Source: a virus
Lineage: Duplodnaviria > Caudoviricetes
IMG/VR virus record: IMGVR_UViG_3300032257_000034
Span: 1-42,464 of that record
Strand: one strand, 5' to 3'
DNA: 42,464 nucleotides
The notes below the pieces were generated by a model. That model was not told where the DNA came from. It searched no databases and saw only the letters and a list, made by a program, of their open reading frames with translations. The position numbers and the translations under genes are program-made. Each line of letters begins with the position of its first letter. Position 1 is the first letter of the stretch. Shown piece after piece: positions 27,001-36,135 of the stretch.

Positions 27001-28339
27001 TATCGGCAAGGCCACCGCCAAACAAACGGCGACCATTTAATATTTTTCCCTTGGCCCAATATAAAAATAACCATGCGGGATTACTGGTAACTTGAGAAAC
27101 CCAATTCGCCCCGTCCCATACTGGGCAGCTTAATGTTGCCGTAGCACTTAATGTACTTACAATGCCTTGTAACTGTTCGTTCGCACGAATTCGTAAAGCT
27201 ATGCGTGTTTGCCCTGTATAGTCTGCAGTATCGGGTTGGTAAGTTCTTAACTGACTCCAGTCAATTTTGCTTGATACGCGAGTGTCGGTGTCTTCTGGCG
27301 TAGTACGTCGGCACCTTACTTCATACTGACCTGAAGCAACGGAACGCTGAAAGCCCATGCGTAAAGGTTGGCGGCTGCTGTGCTTTAATATATTTGCACT
27401 GGCTGCATTAAAAGGAAGCCATGGTATGTCCCCGACTAGTCGATACTCTATTTCAATTATTACCGTCCATTGTTCTATACCATCATTGCCTGACCTAAAG
27501 AGATACCCTGCCAAATCTACCGTTAAAGCAGTTGCATTTAAACCACTGGTTCGGGTAATCCAGCTAACGGGCTCGGTTAATGTTGCTCCGGCAGTTGTGT
27601 CTACATTTACAGGGAATAACGTTAACACACCTGATGCATTCGACTGTTCAAGGGTGTAGTCCTCGTAATCCGTTATAAGGGTTTCACCTATTCTAAAATC
27701 GCTTAAGGCTATGTTGGTTAAACCAAAATTAAACACCTGATATAAAAACTGATCTTCACCCTGAAATTCTGTATACGTTTTGGCGCCAAGATCGGGGAAA
27801 ATTCGATGAGACCCCAGCACGCAAGGCATAGGTTTAAATAAGCGCGCACGATTGCTGCCGCCTGAAATAGAATACGTTGGGCTACTCTCTTCACCCCGAA
27901 GAGCCTCGGCGGGTGGAAATAAAGGTGGGAATAGAGAAGAAACAGCATATGAACCGATGGCTGCAATTGCAACTTGTGCCGCACCGCTATACTGTTGAGA
28001 ATACAATAAAACGATAATTGTTAATATTGTTCTAATTGATTTATTTTTATCGCCATTACCCCCTCCCTGTAATTTAGCTTTTAAGGTAATTAGCTCTCCC
28101 TCTTTTATTACTGTTTTAGCCCAGGCCTGCTGAGGGATTTCCTTGTCTTGTAAAAACAAAACCCAGTCACTTCTGCTTACCGGTATTTTTAAGCGGGAAA
28201 AATACTGCGTAATGGTTTCGCCTGGCAAACAGGCAATAAAAAAAACTTCGCGGCCAGCGGTGCTTAGTAATGGATGAGGGCAAAACGTTAACGTGGGTGT
28301 TTCTGAAAGATTAATCTTCTTAGTTAGAGTGTTTTCCAT
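24056..28339 (-). CDS. Tail tip / host-specificity protein J with N-terminal ubiquitin-like (lambda I-like) domain and FN3-like repeats
   Basis: ...LQGGG after the N-terminal domain; YSISGGSN.AR...P.P.VLG and TSNPAW motifs; C-terminal beta-sandwich repeats. Confidence 0.9.
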   Translation of the reverse strand: MENTLTKKINLSETPTLTFCPHPLLSTAGREVFFIACLPGETITQYFSRLKIPVSRSDWVLFLQDKEIPQQAWAKTVIKEGELITLKAKLQGGGNGDKNKSIRTILTIIVLLYSQQYSGAAQVAIAAIGSYAVSSLFPPLFPPAEALRGEESSPTYSISGGSNRARLFKPMPCVLGSHRIFPDLGAKTYTEFQGEDQFLYQVFNFGLTNIALSDFRIGETLITDYEDYTLEQSNASGVLTLFPVNVDTTAGATLTEPVSWITRTSGLNATALTVDLAGYLFRSGNDGIEQWTVIIEIEYRLVGDIPWLPFNAASANILKHSSRQPLRMGFQRSVASGQYEVRCRRTTPEDTDTRVSSKIDWSQLRTYQPDTADYTGQTRIALRIRANEQLQGIVSTLSATATLSCPVWDGANWVSQVTSNPAWLFLYWAKGKILNGRRLFGGGLADTDMDLEAIKEWGAWCTSKGLSCNLVFDRDMSVEQQLIIIARTGRAHPTRGTGKVGVIWDQGNQLPVAFFGMSNIKQGSFIINYARKRRYDEVALNFINPALNWQPDTVRALATGITNPLETLTVELMGCTDSVMAGKEANLIMAETEYRRRATTWETDIEGLVVTRGDVVGLSHDLTQWAYSGRLISGTNNQLFLDRDVIFSSGFNHYIRLIYPDGSSDIYSVTFVSGSTDTVLLKTLIVKNGWAATIAHISNDEVQPTVTNGYFYIAITAGTTDVSEPIWPLTEGDTVVDGTVIWQNAGPAQTYFPNNNPNHQPVDYKFFFEPQATPGKLVKITDVKPIDDHYVRLTAVDEVDDYYLSESNSYTYNPTSPAAVAPTIIKLEVSDTLINVGNSYGVRIAVTWDTTGPYSFAVVRAAPNGEILQIIDRTFDRRSEFLWTYVGNVDIEVTVLNTSGVYSSAGKFFTTYTIIGQNQPPDDVTNLQISITATNPVLKWDDVNAADLLDYEIREGAAWDTATLLGRIDANEYPLSWLTAGVHNYLVKARDASWPRNVSANAAQVSITVVGANPPNITASFAAGNLVLNYTAAAGSLPIKGYRISYGAAEGDNVVAIINANRFSITANWLGSRTWWVTPVDVADNDGTPASVDVTVIAPGVSGLTRDVIQNQVALKWVATPGTLPVKEYKIYKGDTFATSAELYTITGTFNLLTEITGGIYTYWVAAIDIAGNQGTEISVAANVSNPPGFILREDWLSDYSGTKTNCFVNQDGDLLTPVNTTETWADHFVNNALIDPDAQITAGYSYYAMPSETTSSYEETFDYGVALEGTLISVIKNMLVLTGTVTTQTTISYKLNLGDAWTDTIGVDQVFASDFRYVKVKLDFTSIGGDDLALLKQLNVQLSVEEIIESGNAVAVAGDVGGTPIVFKKSFVAVESITITYAGTTSVSTSAPLPVGSNPTQFVVYLFDSITGIRVDGPFSWKIKGN

Positions 28340-28713
28340 TTATAAAAACCCTCCAATTTTAACTCAATGCCTTCAAGTTCACGTATTCGATGTAAACAAA
28401 CTTGCTTTGCACTTTGCATGGCATGTAAAACATAAGGCACGCCACAAAAATCAACATATATACCAATATGGTTAAGACGCCCTTTGCCTATCATTAATAC
28501 TGCATCACCCTCTTCGGGTTTAATGGTTAAGGTTGCACAGTCATTTTTGTTTTCATTAATCTGTTTTGACCAACCTATAACATTAGCCGCTCGGCTTTGT
28601 GGCAGAATAATATTTCGACCAAAAACTTCACGTTGTACTTTTACAGCAAACGAGGCGCAATCATTTGAACCATTAACATAAGGCTGTCCAATATATGGGG
28701 TTGACCAGTGCAT
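28324..28713 (-). CDS. NlpC/P60 tail assembly peptidase (lambda K-like, no JAB domain)
   Basis: YIG.PY....DC, GD.VL, HIGIY and VLHA motifs. Confidence 0.88.
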   Translation of the reverse strand: MHWSTPYIGQPYVNGSNDCASFAVKVQREVFGRNIILPQSRAANVIGWSKQINENKNDCATLTIKPEEGDAVLMIGKGRLNHIGIYVDFCGVPYVLHAMQSAKQVCLHRIRELEGIELKLEGFYKWKTL

Positions 28714-28715
28714 AA

Positions 28716-29189
28716 TTAAAATAACCCCGGTGTATTTTCAGGACGGTAAAAAATGGTAATCCCGGGCGTGTCAATTAAGTTTTTAAAATGCAACGTTCCT
28801 TTCACCTGATTTTGATCCATAACGATATCAGTTAACTCCATGGTGACTTCCCACTCAATAATATCCGGCGCAGAACGCATTATTTGCATCATTCGAACAA
28901 TTGAGCCATCGGCACCGGCAGACGATTCTATCCATTGTGTTAAGTCGCGACCAACGTTATCAATCGCCAATGTTGCCCTTGGTGAGCCCTGACTTAAATC
29001 GTCTGGTGGAAGCGCCCTGAAGGCCATTCCGATGAAGGTATTTAAATTACTTACAACATCAACATTGTCATTAACGACACGTACCGGTGTTGTTAAATCG
29101 GGATGGGTAATTTCCAGTAATAAAATCGGCGCTTCCGGACGGCTAATACTGGCTATTAATTCACGTGCAGTTGTACTTAACGAACGCAT
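28716..29189 (-). CDS. DUF1833-family minor tail protein
   Basis: LLEI.HPDL..PVRVVND, L.IDNVGR and C-terminal PGLF motifs. Confidence 0.85.
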   Translation of the reverse strand: MRSLSTTARELIASISRPEAPILLLEITHPDLTTPVRVVNDNVDVVSNLNTFIGMAFRALPPDDLSQGSPRATLAIDNVGRDLTQWIESSAGADGSIVRMMQIMRSAPDIIEWEVTMELTDIVMDQNQVKGTLHFKNLIDTPGITIFYRPENTPGLF

Positions 29190-29555
29190 TTAGCTCTCCA
29201 GTACTTCAAGTGTTATATCTAAAACGTACTTAATCTCGGCACCTTTTTGGGACGAGTCAATATTGTAGTTATAACGGCCTTCAAATACTCTAGCCTGTTT
29301 ATTGGTGCCATCCCGATAGTCTAGCCAGCTAAACCAGGCAGAGCCCCAATCGCAATCAGAACCACGAAACCAAGTTTCAAAATTACCCAGTTCGGTTTGT
29401 GTAAAAAGAATTGTTAACGGCTTTTTCACTGTCGTTTGGCTTTTTGTTTTAACTTGTTTAGCCGGGCCTGACTCAAAGCTTGTACGTAATACCGTTGGTT
29501 CAGGTTCGCCGCCAGAACCCTGAGTTAATAATTCACCATATATTGGGAAGGCCAT
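29190..29555 (-). CDS. Distal tail / minor tail protein
   Basis: Follows the tape measure gene; RT.FESGP.KQ...F..WF...G..WF.W pattern. Confidence 0.75.
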   Translation of the reverse strand: MAFPIYGELLTQGSGGEPEPTVLRTSFESGPAKQVKTKSQTTVKKPLTILFTQTELGNFETWFRGSDCDWGSAWFSWLDYRDGTNKQARVFEGRYNYNIDSSQKGAEIKYVLDITLEVLES

Positions 29556-29560
29556 GCTAG

Positions 29561-31732
29561 CTACCTTTTACCAAATTTGTTATTCATTGCGTTTGATATT
29601 TGTCCGTTACGATCAAGATCATCAAGAATAATAGACACAACGATATCCTTTCCGTCAAAGCGCGAGTTTGCCTGGGTAGCCTCACTTGGCGACCCTTTGT
29701 TAATCAGTTCTACTTTTACATTTTGCGAGCCACCACTCTGATTGAGTATATGGCGTGGGTCGTTTCGGGTTAGAACCTCTTCTCCTTTTTCCAATATTGT
29801 TGGTACTTCATTAGATCGTAACCCGGGTATACCGCCATTATGATAGCGAGGGGCACTAGAAAAAACTAACGGAGAAACATTGCGAGATGAGCCAGAACCG
29901 GAACCCGCTATGCCACCAGTATGTTTAGTAGGCGCATTAGTTGTGCCAGGAGGAATAAGACCGGTTCCTTGTAAAACAGGTTTTATTAGTGCTTGATAAA
30001 TTAAAATACGAAGAATGTCTTTAATGATTGCATCGGCTAAATCTTTAAAGCTGCCTTTACCGTCTACCACCATATCGGCCAGTGTATTTGAAAACTCTTT
30101 CCCCCAGCCTAATGTGGCGGCTTTTAATTCATCAAAAGAATCTTTTCCAGTTTCACCAAAATCTTCGAGATTTTCTGTTGCATTAAAAATAGCACGAGAA
30201 TAATTATCCAGCGCCGCTGCACTCCCTGTTGTTCCTAGTGCACCTTTTTCATATAGAAAGTCTAGCCTGGCTAAGGTGTCAGCCAATTCATCCATTTCAG
30301 TTTTGTTGTCCTGAATAACCTTTGTACCTTCAGCCATTAATGCTTGTTGTTTTTTTCTTGCTTCGGTTTCATTAATTATTCGTAACGCCAGTTCAATTTC
30401 CGAATCTGAAGCATGCGCAAGGTTAAGTTGATATATAACTAATTCTTCATTGGTAAGGTTTAAGGTTTCGCGCTGTGTACGCAGCTTTTCAATTAGCTTA
30501 TTAACGGAGTCTTGTTGTTTGTTTGTCTCAATAGGGTCAATTATTTTTGTAGCGTCACCTTTTACTGATAATTCTGCAATAGTCGCATTTAATTCATTAA
30601 TTTGTTTTAAGACTCTCGGTAAGGCGGCCTGATAATCTTGACCAAGATACTGATCAACCAGCGCATGCAATCGTATTAGACGGCGTTCCATTGCCGGAAT
30701 AGATTCGTTATCTAGATCGTCTGCTGAAGACTGGAATACATTCGCAATTCCTGATGCTATTCGTTTGAAAAAATTTGTTACACCCGATTGTTTATCTGCT
30801 AAACCTAGGTACCTGGTTATGCTATCGGACATCGAAACATTAACTCTTTCCATTGAAGTCGCTATGCCGCTAAACTCAGCATTAATTTCACCGGATTGTT
30901 TTTTTAATGCATCAAAAACATCTGTTGATAATACTTTCCCTTCTATAACTGCACGGCGTAATTCACCGGTTGATTTACCCAGGCCTTTTGCAATGCGAGC
31001 GGCTAGTTCTGGTATATTTTCAATAATCGAGTTGAATTCTTCCGCCCTAAAAACGCCGCCGGCTAAGCCTTGTGAAAATTGTAGTAAACCAGATGAAAGT
31101 TGAGACTGTGTTGAACCACCAATAACGCCGAGTTGTTGCACCAAATTTGTTAGCGTTAATATTTCGTCATTAGTGGCATTTAGCTCTGGAGCAGTACGCG
31201 CTAAATTTTGAAATAAACTAACTGTGTCTCTTAATGCAACCCCATTTGCAGTGGATATTTCCTGGAGTTCACCCGATACTTGCGCGTAATCGCCCGTAGC
31301 CTTGGTTGCTGTTTTAATACGTTGTTGCAATACACCGTAAGCATCGGCATCTTTTAAAACAGCTATTGCAGAGCGAAGCGATATATAGGCAAGAACACCT
31401 CTAGTGAGAGTCTGCATTGACCGACCCATTTTATTAGAACTATCAGCAGCGCCTAATTGTTCTTTTTTTAGTTTAGCCGTTAGTTCTGAATGTTTTTTTG
31501 AGGAGATACTCCCTTTTTTATACTCTGAGTCAAGTAAGGCTAATTCTTTTTTAAATTTTCTTGCAGCCGCTGCAGCAGGTTCAAGTCTATTTTGTAATGT
31601 TTTTAACTTATTACCTGCTTGACCACCTTCGTTACCGGCTTTACCCAGGCCGTCAGATAGTTGCTTTATTTGATCTAATGCGTCTTTAATATCGGCTTTT
31701 ACGCGAATTAAAAATTCTTTATCATTAGCCAT
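29561..31732 (-). CDS. Tail tape measure protein
   Basis: Tape-measure domain (QFSQGL..G..RAEEFNSI.E) and H.GG...EVP.IL..GEEVL C-terminus. Confidence 0.93.
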   Translation of the reverse strand: MANDKEFLIRVKADIKDALDQIKQLSDGLGKAGNEGGQAGNKLKTLQNRLEPAAAAARKFKKELALLDSEYKKGSISSKKHSELTAKLKKEQLGAADSSNKMGRSMQTLTRGVLAYISLRSAIAVLKDADAYGVLQQRIKTATKATGDYAQVSGELQEISTANGVALRDTVSLFQNLARTAPELNATNDEILTLTNLVQQLGVIGGSTQSQLSSGLLQFSQGLAGGVFRAEEFNSIIENIPELAARIAKGLGKSTGELRRAVIEGKVLSTDVFDALKKQSGEINAEFSGIATSMERVNVSMSDSITRYLGLADKQSGVTNFFKRIASGIANVFQSSADDLDNESIPAMERRLIRLHALVDQYLGQDYQAALPRVLKQINELNATIAELSVKGDATKIIDPIETNKQQDSVNKLIEKLRTQRETLNLTNEELVIYQLNLAHASDSEIELALRIINETEARKKQQALMAEGTKVIQDNKTEMDELADTLARLDFLYEKGALGTTGSAAALDNYSRAIFNATENLEDFGETGKDSFDELKAATLGWGKEFSNTLADMVVDGKGSFKDLADAIIKDILRILIYQALIKPVLQGTGLIPPGTTNAPTKHTGGIAGSGSGSSRNVSPLVFSSAPRYHNGGIPGLRSNEVPTILEKGEEVLTRNDPRHILNQSGGSQNVKVELINKGSPSEATQANSRFDGKDIVVSIILDDLDRNGQISNAMNNKFGKR

Positions 31733-32006
31733 CTTTGCTTAGTCTCTTTAGGGTTTCTTTTGGGTCGTTGTATAGTGCTGTAATCAGTGAGCTTAATCGT
31801 TCTTTATACTTATCAGTATCATGCTGAATGGCGTAATTATAAAAAAGCTTTAGTTGACGCCGGGTGTAACCGAGTAAGGCCTCCTTATTATGTCCGCACC
31901 TGATTAATGTTGCGCAGAGTTTGCCGAGTTTGATGTCGTTTGGTTTGTTTTTAGTCTTTCCGGATGAGCCATAATGTATTGACTGGCTATCCGTTGAGTA
32001 AAAAAA
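31725..32006 (-). CDS. -1 frame extension of the tail assembly chaperone (GT-type fusion)
   Basis: The -1 frame is open from the slippery T TTT TTT (32000-32006) to TAA at 31725 and encodes LIRCGH...YTRRQL.LFY. Confidence 0.7.
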   Translation of the reverse strand, partial: FFYSTDSQSIHYGSSGKTKNKPNDIKLGKLCATLIRCGHNKEALLGYTRRQLKLFYNYAIQHDTDKYKERLSSLITALYNDPKETLKRLSKDG

Positions 32007-32359
32007 TGACTATTTACTCCCCAAAAGGTCAAAAATATAGGGCTGGCATATTTACCTGGTAATAATTCAAAATATTCAGCAGGCTTTCCAGTACTTATGC
32101 TCAGCAAACTAATAAATGATTTATAATGCTCAGCAAAAACTTTTTCCATCACCAGCATATCTGGCTCATCACCATCAATATACAATTGTGCAATCGCTTT
32201 AATAATGGGCTCAGCTATCGTTAAAGCTTTAAGCTCTTGGGAAAAAGTAAATTCACACACCTTAATCGGTGTGCCATTTACATCAATTTCATCAAAACCC
32301 ATGACAATACGCGTTTCGTCTTCGGCACTAACAGGTTTTTTATCTTCTACGCTATCCAT
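31904..32359 (-). CDS. Tail assembly chaperone (G-like)
   Basis: Between major tail and tape measure genes; VNSHFF motif. Start reassigned to ATG 32359. Confidence 0.75.
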   Translation of the reverse strand: MDSVEDKKPVSAEDETRIVMGFDEIDVNGTPIKVCEFTFSQELKALTIAEPIIKAIAQLYIDGDEPDMLVMEKVFAEHYKSFISLLSISTGKPAEYFELLPGKYASPIFLTFWGVNSHFFTQRIASQYIMAHPERLKTNQTTSNSANSAQH

Positions 32360-32540
32360 TAACGATGCTGCCAATGTGCCCCATGCGGTCGGCTTGTTCT
32401 TTGCGCAGGGTAATGACTTTACCTTTTTCAAGGTCTTCACCTTGATGGGTGTGGTTTACGCTAAGTTTAAATTTAACCGGCGTTGTATCGTTTTTTGTTT
32501 CGGTGCTTTTTACTGCGGTATTTTTTTCTGGTTCAGCCAT
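32352..32540 (-). CDS. Small tail-region protein
   Basis: GGAG RBS; HTH.G.....G..I pattern. Confidence 0.7.
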   Translation of the reverse strand: MAEPEKNTAVKSTETKNDTTPVKFKLSVNHTHQGEDLEKGKVITLRKEQADRMGHIGSIVNG

Positions 32541-32594
32541 GATTGAACTCCTTATTTGATGTTAGTTAACGACTAATAAAAACTAAATTAGACT

Positions 32595-33341
32595 TTAGTC
32601 TTCGGTTATCCAAGAATAAAACTGATCACCTGCAGGACGAAGTGAGTCAAGTTCAATTTCACCTTCCAGGGTTACGTCTTTTGAATCATCTGTTATTAAA
32701 TCTAAAGAGCCAGGACTAAATTTAGTTTTGAACATTTCACATCGCACTTTTTTGTTATTGTCAGCAGTATTGATACCGTCGAACATTACATATTTTTCTG
32801 TATTGTTGGGTAAGACGGTTATATGTGTTTGTGCGGCATAACTGTAGTCGACTAAAAGAGCCTGGGCTTCGGTAACTGTGCCAGTGCTTAGTATTTCTAT
32901 TGTGCCGGCAACTAAATCTTCAATGTAGTCAGTGTCTTTTGTGTACGTTGTTGTACCAGAACTATCCGTTACAACAACCGCGCTTACATTGGTGTGTAAT
33001 AAGCGAATAAATTTATCGAGGTAACCTATGTGAGCTTCATCGGTTACTGATGCGCCAATTTTAGTAATGACCACCCCGTGAATAGCTTCTTTTAAATGCG
33101 CAGCTTTAATTGAACTTAGCGCTAAAGAAACGGCATATTTTGAGCCTTTAATAAAAGATGCGCCTACGGCACCAGCCCCCGTGACGCTTTCAATTTTACT
33201 TGAGCGATCAATGTTGCCAGTTAAACTTGCTGTGCTTACGTTGCCAACAAAAACAAGACCGGCGGGTTGTCCTGCGGCATCGCGGTCACCTATAAATACT
33301 TTTCCTTGTCCACGAAAATAACGGCTATCAAATTGTTCCAT
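32595..33341 (-). CDS. Major tail (tube) protein
   Basis: YFRGQGKV...VGNV N-terminus and F.GINTA motif; synteny fits. Confidence 0.85.
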   Translation of the reverse strand: MEQFDSRYFRGQGKVFIGDRDAAGQPAGLVFVGNVSTASLTGNIDRSSKIESVTGAGAVGASFIKGSKYAVSLALSSIKAAHLKEAIHGVVITKIGASVTDEAHIGYLDKFIRLLHTNVSAVVVTDSSGTTTYTKDTDYIEDLVAGTIEILSTGTVTEAQALLVDYSYAAQTHITVLPNNTEKYVMFDGINTADNNKKVRCEMFKTKFSPGSLDLITDDSKDVTLEGEIELDSLRPAGDQFYSWITED

Positions 33342-33359
33342 TGTAGTATCCTCTTACGA

Positions 33360-33794
33360 TTAATAAGTGCCCTGTTGGGGCGGCTCGGCTCTAAGTTTTG
33401 CAACTACCCACCCATACGGCGCGGCTAGTTGCTGTGATTGATCGATGCGTTCTGGTTTTAACGACATACCCGTAACACCGGTTTTTAGAAAACTTTTAAT
33501 TTCTTCTATTAACGCGCCTTCAGATTTTTCTACTTCAACAGGCTGGCTGCCTTCCGCTACTTTTAGATGGCCAACAAACAGAATTTCTTGCGTGCCTTCT
33601 TTGGCTATCATACCGAGGCCGTTTCTGTAGCCTGATTCTCCGCGCGATATAATCATGATGACACCTTGCTCTAATTCACCTGCGGCATGATTGTCAAAAT
33701 GCTGAAGCAAACTGCGTTTTATAATGCGATTGGTAAAAAAAGCTTTTGCGGCTGTTTCGATATCGTCCATTCTTGTAAGTACGTTGTCGGTCAT
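33360..33794 (-). CDS. Tail terminator / completion protein
   Basis: Position before the major tail protein; QSQQL..PYGW motif. Confidence 0.6.
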   Translation of the reverse strand: MTDNVLTRMDDIETAAKAFFTNRIIKRSLLQHFDNHAAGELEQGVIMIISRGESGYRNGLGMIAKEGTQEILFVGHLKVAEGSQPVEVEKSEGALIEEIKSFLKTGVTGMSLKPERIDQSQQLAAPYGWVVAKLRAEPPQQGTY

Positions 33795-33798
33795 AATT

Positions 33799-34302
33799 TC
33801 AATTTAAACTCGCGTTAATGGCGGCGTCGGTTAAACGTTCGGCTTCTTGTTGGTTGTCTTCAAAAGCTGGCTGCAAATAAGGTTGTGGCTGCGTGCCTTC
33901 AAAGGCAATTGTTTGCGCCATAGCCCAGGCTAAATCGGCTTGGTCCATAGTTGGGTCGTTTGGTGTAATGTTTACGCGCTTAATCCAATCATGAATATTT
34001 TCAACTGGTGGCATAGTTCCGGATGGTTGACCACTTGGTCCAAAAATTCCAGTACCTTCTTCTACGGCTTGACCATAGTTAACTGCTGGTCCTGCTGCAC
34101 CTTCTAATGTTCCATTACGCGTTATGCCGATGCTGTTTGTTAAAATGGTATCGGCTTTGGGTGCATTGGCTCGCGCGCTGCGAGTAAACAAACGCAGTAC
34201 TCGGTTGATAGCGTTATCGAGATTTTTTTCAAGCTTTTCAGGTTGCGCAATAATGGCCTGCATTAGCTTTTCTGCATCGATGGTGAGTTGCATTGAGTTC
34301 AT
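33799..34302 (-). CDS. HK97 gp10-family neck/tail completion protein
   Basis: A..NAP.....L.NSI, YG..VE.GT and GT..QPYL.PA motifs. Confidence 0.85.
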   Translation of the reverse strand: MNSMQLTIDAEKLMQAIIAQPEKLEKNLDNAINRVLRLFTRSARANAPKADTILTNSIGITRNGTLEGAAGPAVNYGQAVEEGTGIFGPSGQPSGTMPPVENIHDWIKRVNITPNDPTMDQADLAWAMAQTIAFEGTQPQPYLQPAFEDNQQEAERLTDAAINASLN

Positions 34303-34928
34303 GCGGCCATCCGTTCGAACTGCTTTAATAGCTGCTCAGCTAGTGCCGCTGGTGTGCCATTTTTAGGCATGCTACCAACGCCGGGGCCAAGTTGAACGGG
34401 CTTAGATATACCATTTAATGCTAACTCGGTTAAAGCTTGCGACACTGCGCGAATAAGTAACAAATGCCTGTCTGCTGGTTTAACACTGGTTTCGGCGGCC
34501 GTGTCTGCAACGGCATGGCCTGAATAGTATTTAAACTTACAGGCTTCACCAAAGTCGGCAACCTGACTCGCCGTTGGTGGATGCGATAATAATAAAACAA
34601 GGCCTGTATCACTTTCGACGTAATCTAGTGTTGGGATATTTTGTGGCCAGTTACTTGCCCAGGGTTTTCGGCTGGCTCTTTTTTCGTGCCCCCAAATTAA
34701 ATTTAATGGGCGTAAAAAATCGGCTGGTGCAGGGTATTCAGTTGTACCGGTTACTACGGTTATAGAGCCAATGCGAGCACGTGGACGAACGCGGCCTAAA
34801 TCTAAAGCGGCAAAATCTAAAATGCGCTCGAGTGCTTCGTTAGCTTCGCCGGTAAATTTATTAACGGCGTCTTTAAGCATACCGCGGAGGTCGGCAACTA
34901 GATCGGCTTTGCTCATTGAACCCGGCAT
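34299..34928 (-). CDS. Head-tail adaptor-like protein
   Basis: Synteny and size. Confidence 0.55.
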   Translation of the reverse strand: MPGSMSKADLVADLRGMLKDAVNKFTGEANEALERILDFAALDLGRVRPRARIGSITVVTGTTEYPAPADFLRPLNLIWGHEKRASRKPWASNWPQNIPTLDYVESDTGLVLLLSHPPTASQVADFGEACKFKYYSGHAVADTAAETSVKPADRHLLLIRAVSQALTELALNGISKPVQLGPGVGSMPKNGTPAALAEQLLKQFERMAA

Positions 34929-35257
34929 TAGTTCGTGACCATGAAAGTAACAACGCCAGTGAAGATGTTGAATGCAACCATGGCGAGCATCCAGTAAATA
35001 CGTTCACCTGATCCAATCTTTACTGAATTAACAACGCTTGTATTTTCAAGCATTCTTATACGTTTCTCATGGTCGTCGACTTCGGTTCCAATTCGGCTAA
35101 CCAATGTTGTAACATTTTTTATTTCGCTATCCATACGAATTAATTCTCGCAAGGCTTTTGTCATATCTTTGATATCGGAACGTACACCCGTTAATTGATT
35201 ATTAACAGAATGACTTAAGCTTTCGAGCTTTGATTCCAGAACAGCTACTTCAGTCAT
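34928..35257 (-). CDS. Coiled-coil protein with C-terminal transmembrane helix
   Basis: DHEKRIR.LE followed by a hydrophobic tail; adjacent to the lysis genes. Confidence 0.65.
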   Translation of the reverse strand: MTEVAVLESKLESLSHSVNNQLTGVRSDIKDMTKALRELIRMDSEIKNVTTLVSRIGTEVDDHEKRIRMLENTSVVNSVKIGSGERIYWMLAMVAFNIFTGVVTFMVTN

Positions 35258-35573
35258 GATTAACCTTTTCAGTTGAGGAGAAACTTAACCACTCGCTTAC
35301 ACGCGCAGACAATAAGAAAATAGTTTGTTTAAAATTAACTTCGCCAGCCGGTTTTAGGCATGAGGTTACGCCCTTTTCGCCTGGCTTAAAAAAAACGGGG
35401 ATAGCAGAAATAACCACTGGCTCTAATAAATATGCGGGTGGTTGTATTGGCGTATAAACAGGAACTTCAACCGTTACAGTTTTTCTAACAGTAACGGTCT
35501 TCGGAGTTGAACACCCTATTAACAATAAAAAGGCAAATAATAATAAAATTACTTTAATGCTTTGTTGAGCCAT
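35250..35573 (-). CDS. o-spanin (Rz1-like lipoprotein)
   Basis: LIG-C lipobox, Pro-rich, overlaps the i-spanin end. Confidence 0.75.
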   Translation of the reverse strand: MAQQSIKVILLLFAFLLLIGCSTPKTVTVRKTVTVEVPVYTPIQPPAYLLEPVVISAIPVFFKPGEKGVTSCLKPAGEVNFKQTIFLLSARVSEWLSFSSTEKVNHD

Positions 35574-35920
35574 AAGTTCAAATCCTCTGGACCTTCACCT
35601 TGATTAAGGCTTTTAAAATCTTGCATGTGTTTAAACTTAAGTGCTAATAAAACGGTTTCTCTTTCTTTTTTTCTAGCGATGGCCGAGGTCTTTAATTGGT
35701 GCACTAGTGTATTTTGCTTCTCGATTGCCATCTGTAAATCAACGGCTTCTATTTCTTTTAGTTCAATAGCAATATTTAATACTTTCTTTTCGCTTTCAAG
35801 TGCCTTCACATTGGACTGATATGAATTTATGCGTAACTGCTGAATACCACCCACGGCTAAAACTAAAAAAATTGCGATTGCTGATATACCTAATTTTGAA
35901 GTTATTAAATTAAGGAACAT
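35549..35920 (-). CDS. i-spanin (Rz-like)
   Basis: N-terminal transmembrane segment plus coiled coil. Start reassigned to ATG 35920 (GGAGG RBS). Confidence 0.7.
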   Translation of the reverse strand: MFLNLITSKLGISAIAIFLVLAVGGIQQLRINSYQSNVKALESEKKVLNIAIELKEIEAVDLQMAIEKQNTLVHQLKTSAIARKKERETVLLALKFKHMQDFKSLNQGEGPEDLNLWLNKALK

Positions 35921-36134
35921 TCTTGCCTCCACCTTGATCGCGATACGCTTCAGCACCTGCTTTGCCAACTTCAGACAATGCCCATGCAGCAAAAGCCCAC
36001 TTAAGAAAGTCGAGCCATTCTGTAGGCGTAATTCCACCTGCTCCAAATTTATAGTCAATCGTTACTAATAAAACGAGAACAACTAAAACTCTAAAGCGTT
36101 TTGATTTGGTTCCTTTGTCGGCTAAATGGCTCAT
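35910..36134 (-). CDS. Holin candidate
   Basis: 74 aa with two hydrophobic segments, between endolysin and spanins. Start reassigned. Confidence 0.6.
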   Translation of the reverse strand: MSHLADKGTKSKRFRVLVVLVLLVTIDYKFGAGGITPTEWLDFLKWAFAAWALSEVGKAGAEAYRDQGGGKNVP

Positions 36135-36135
36135 T

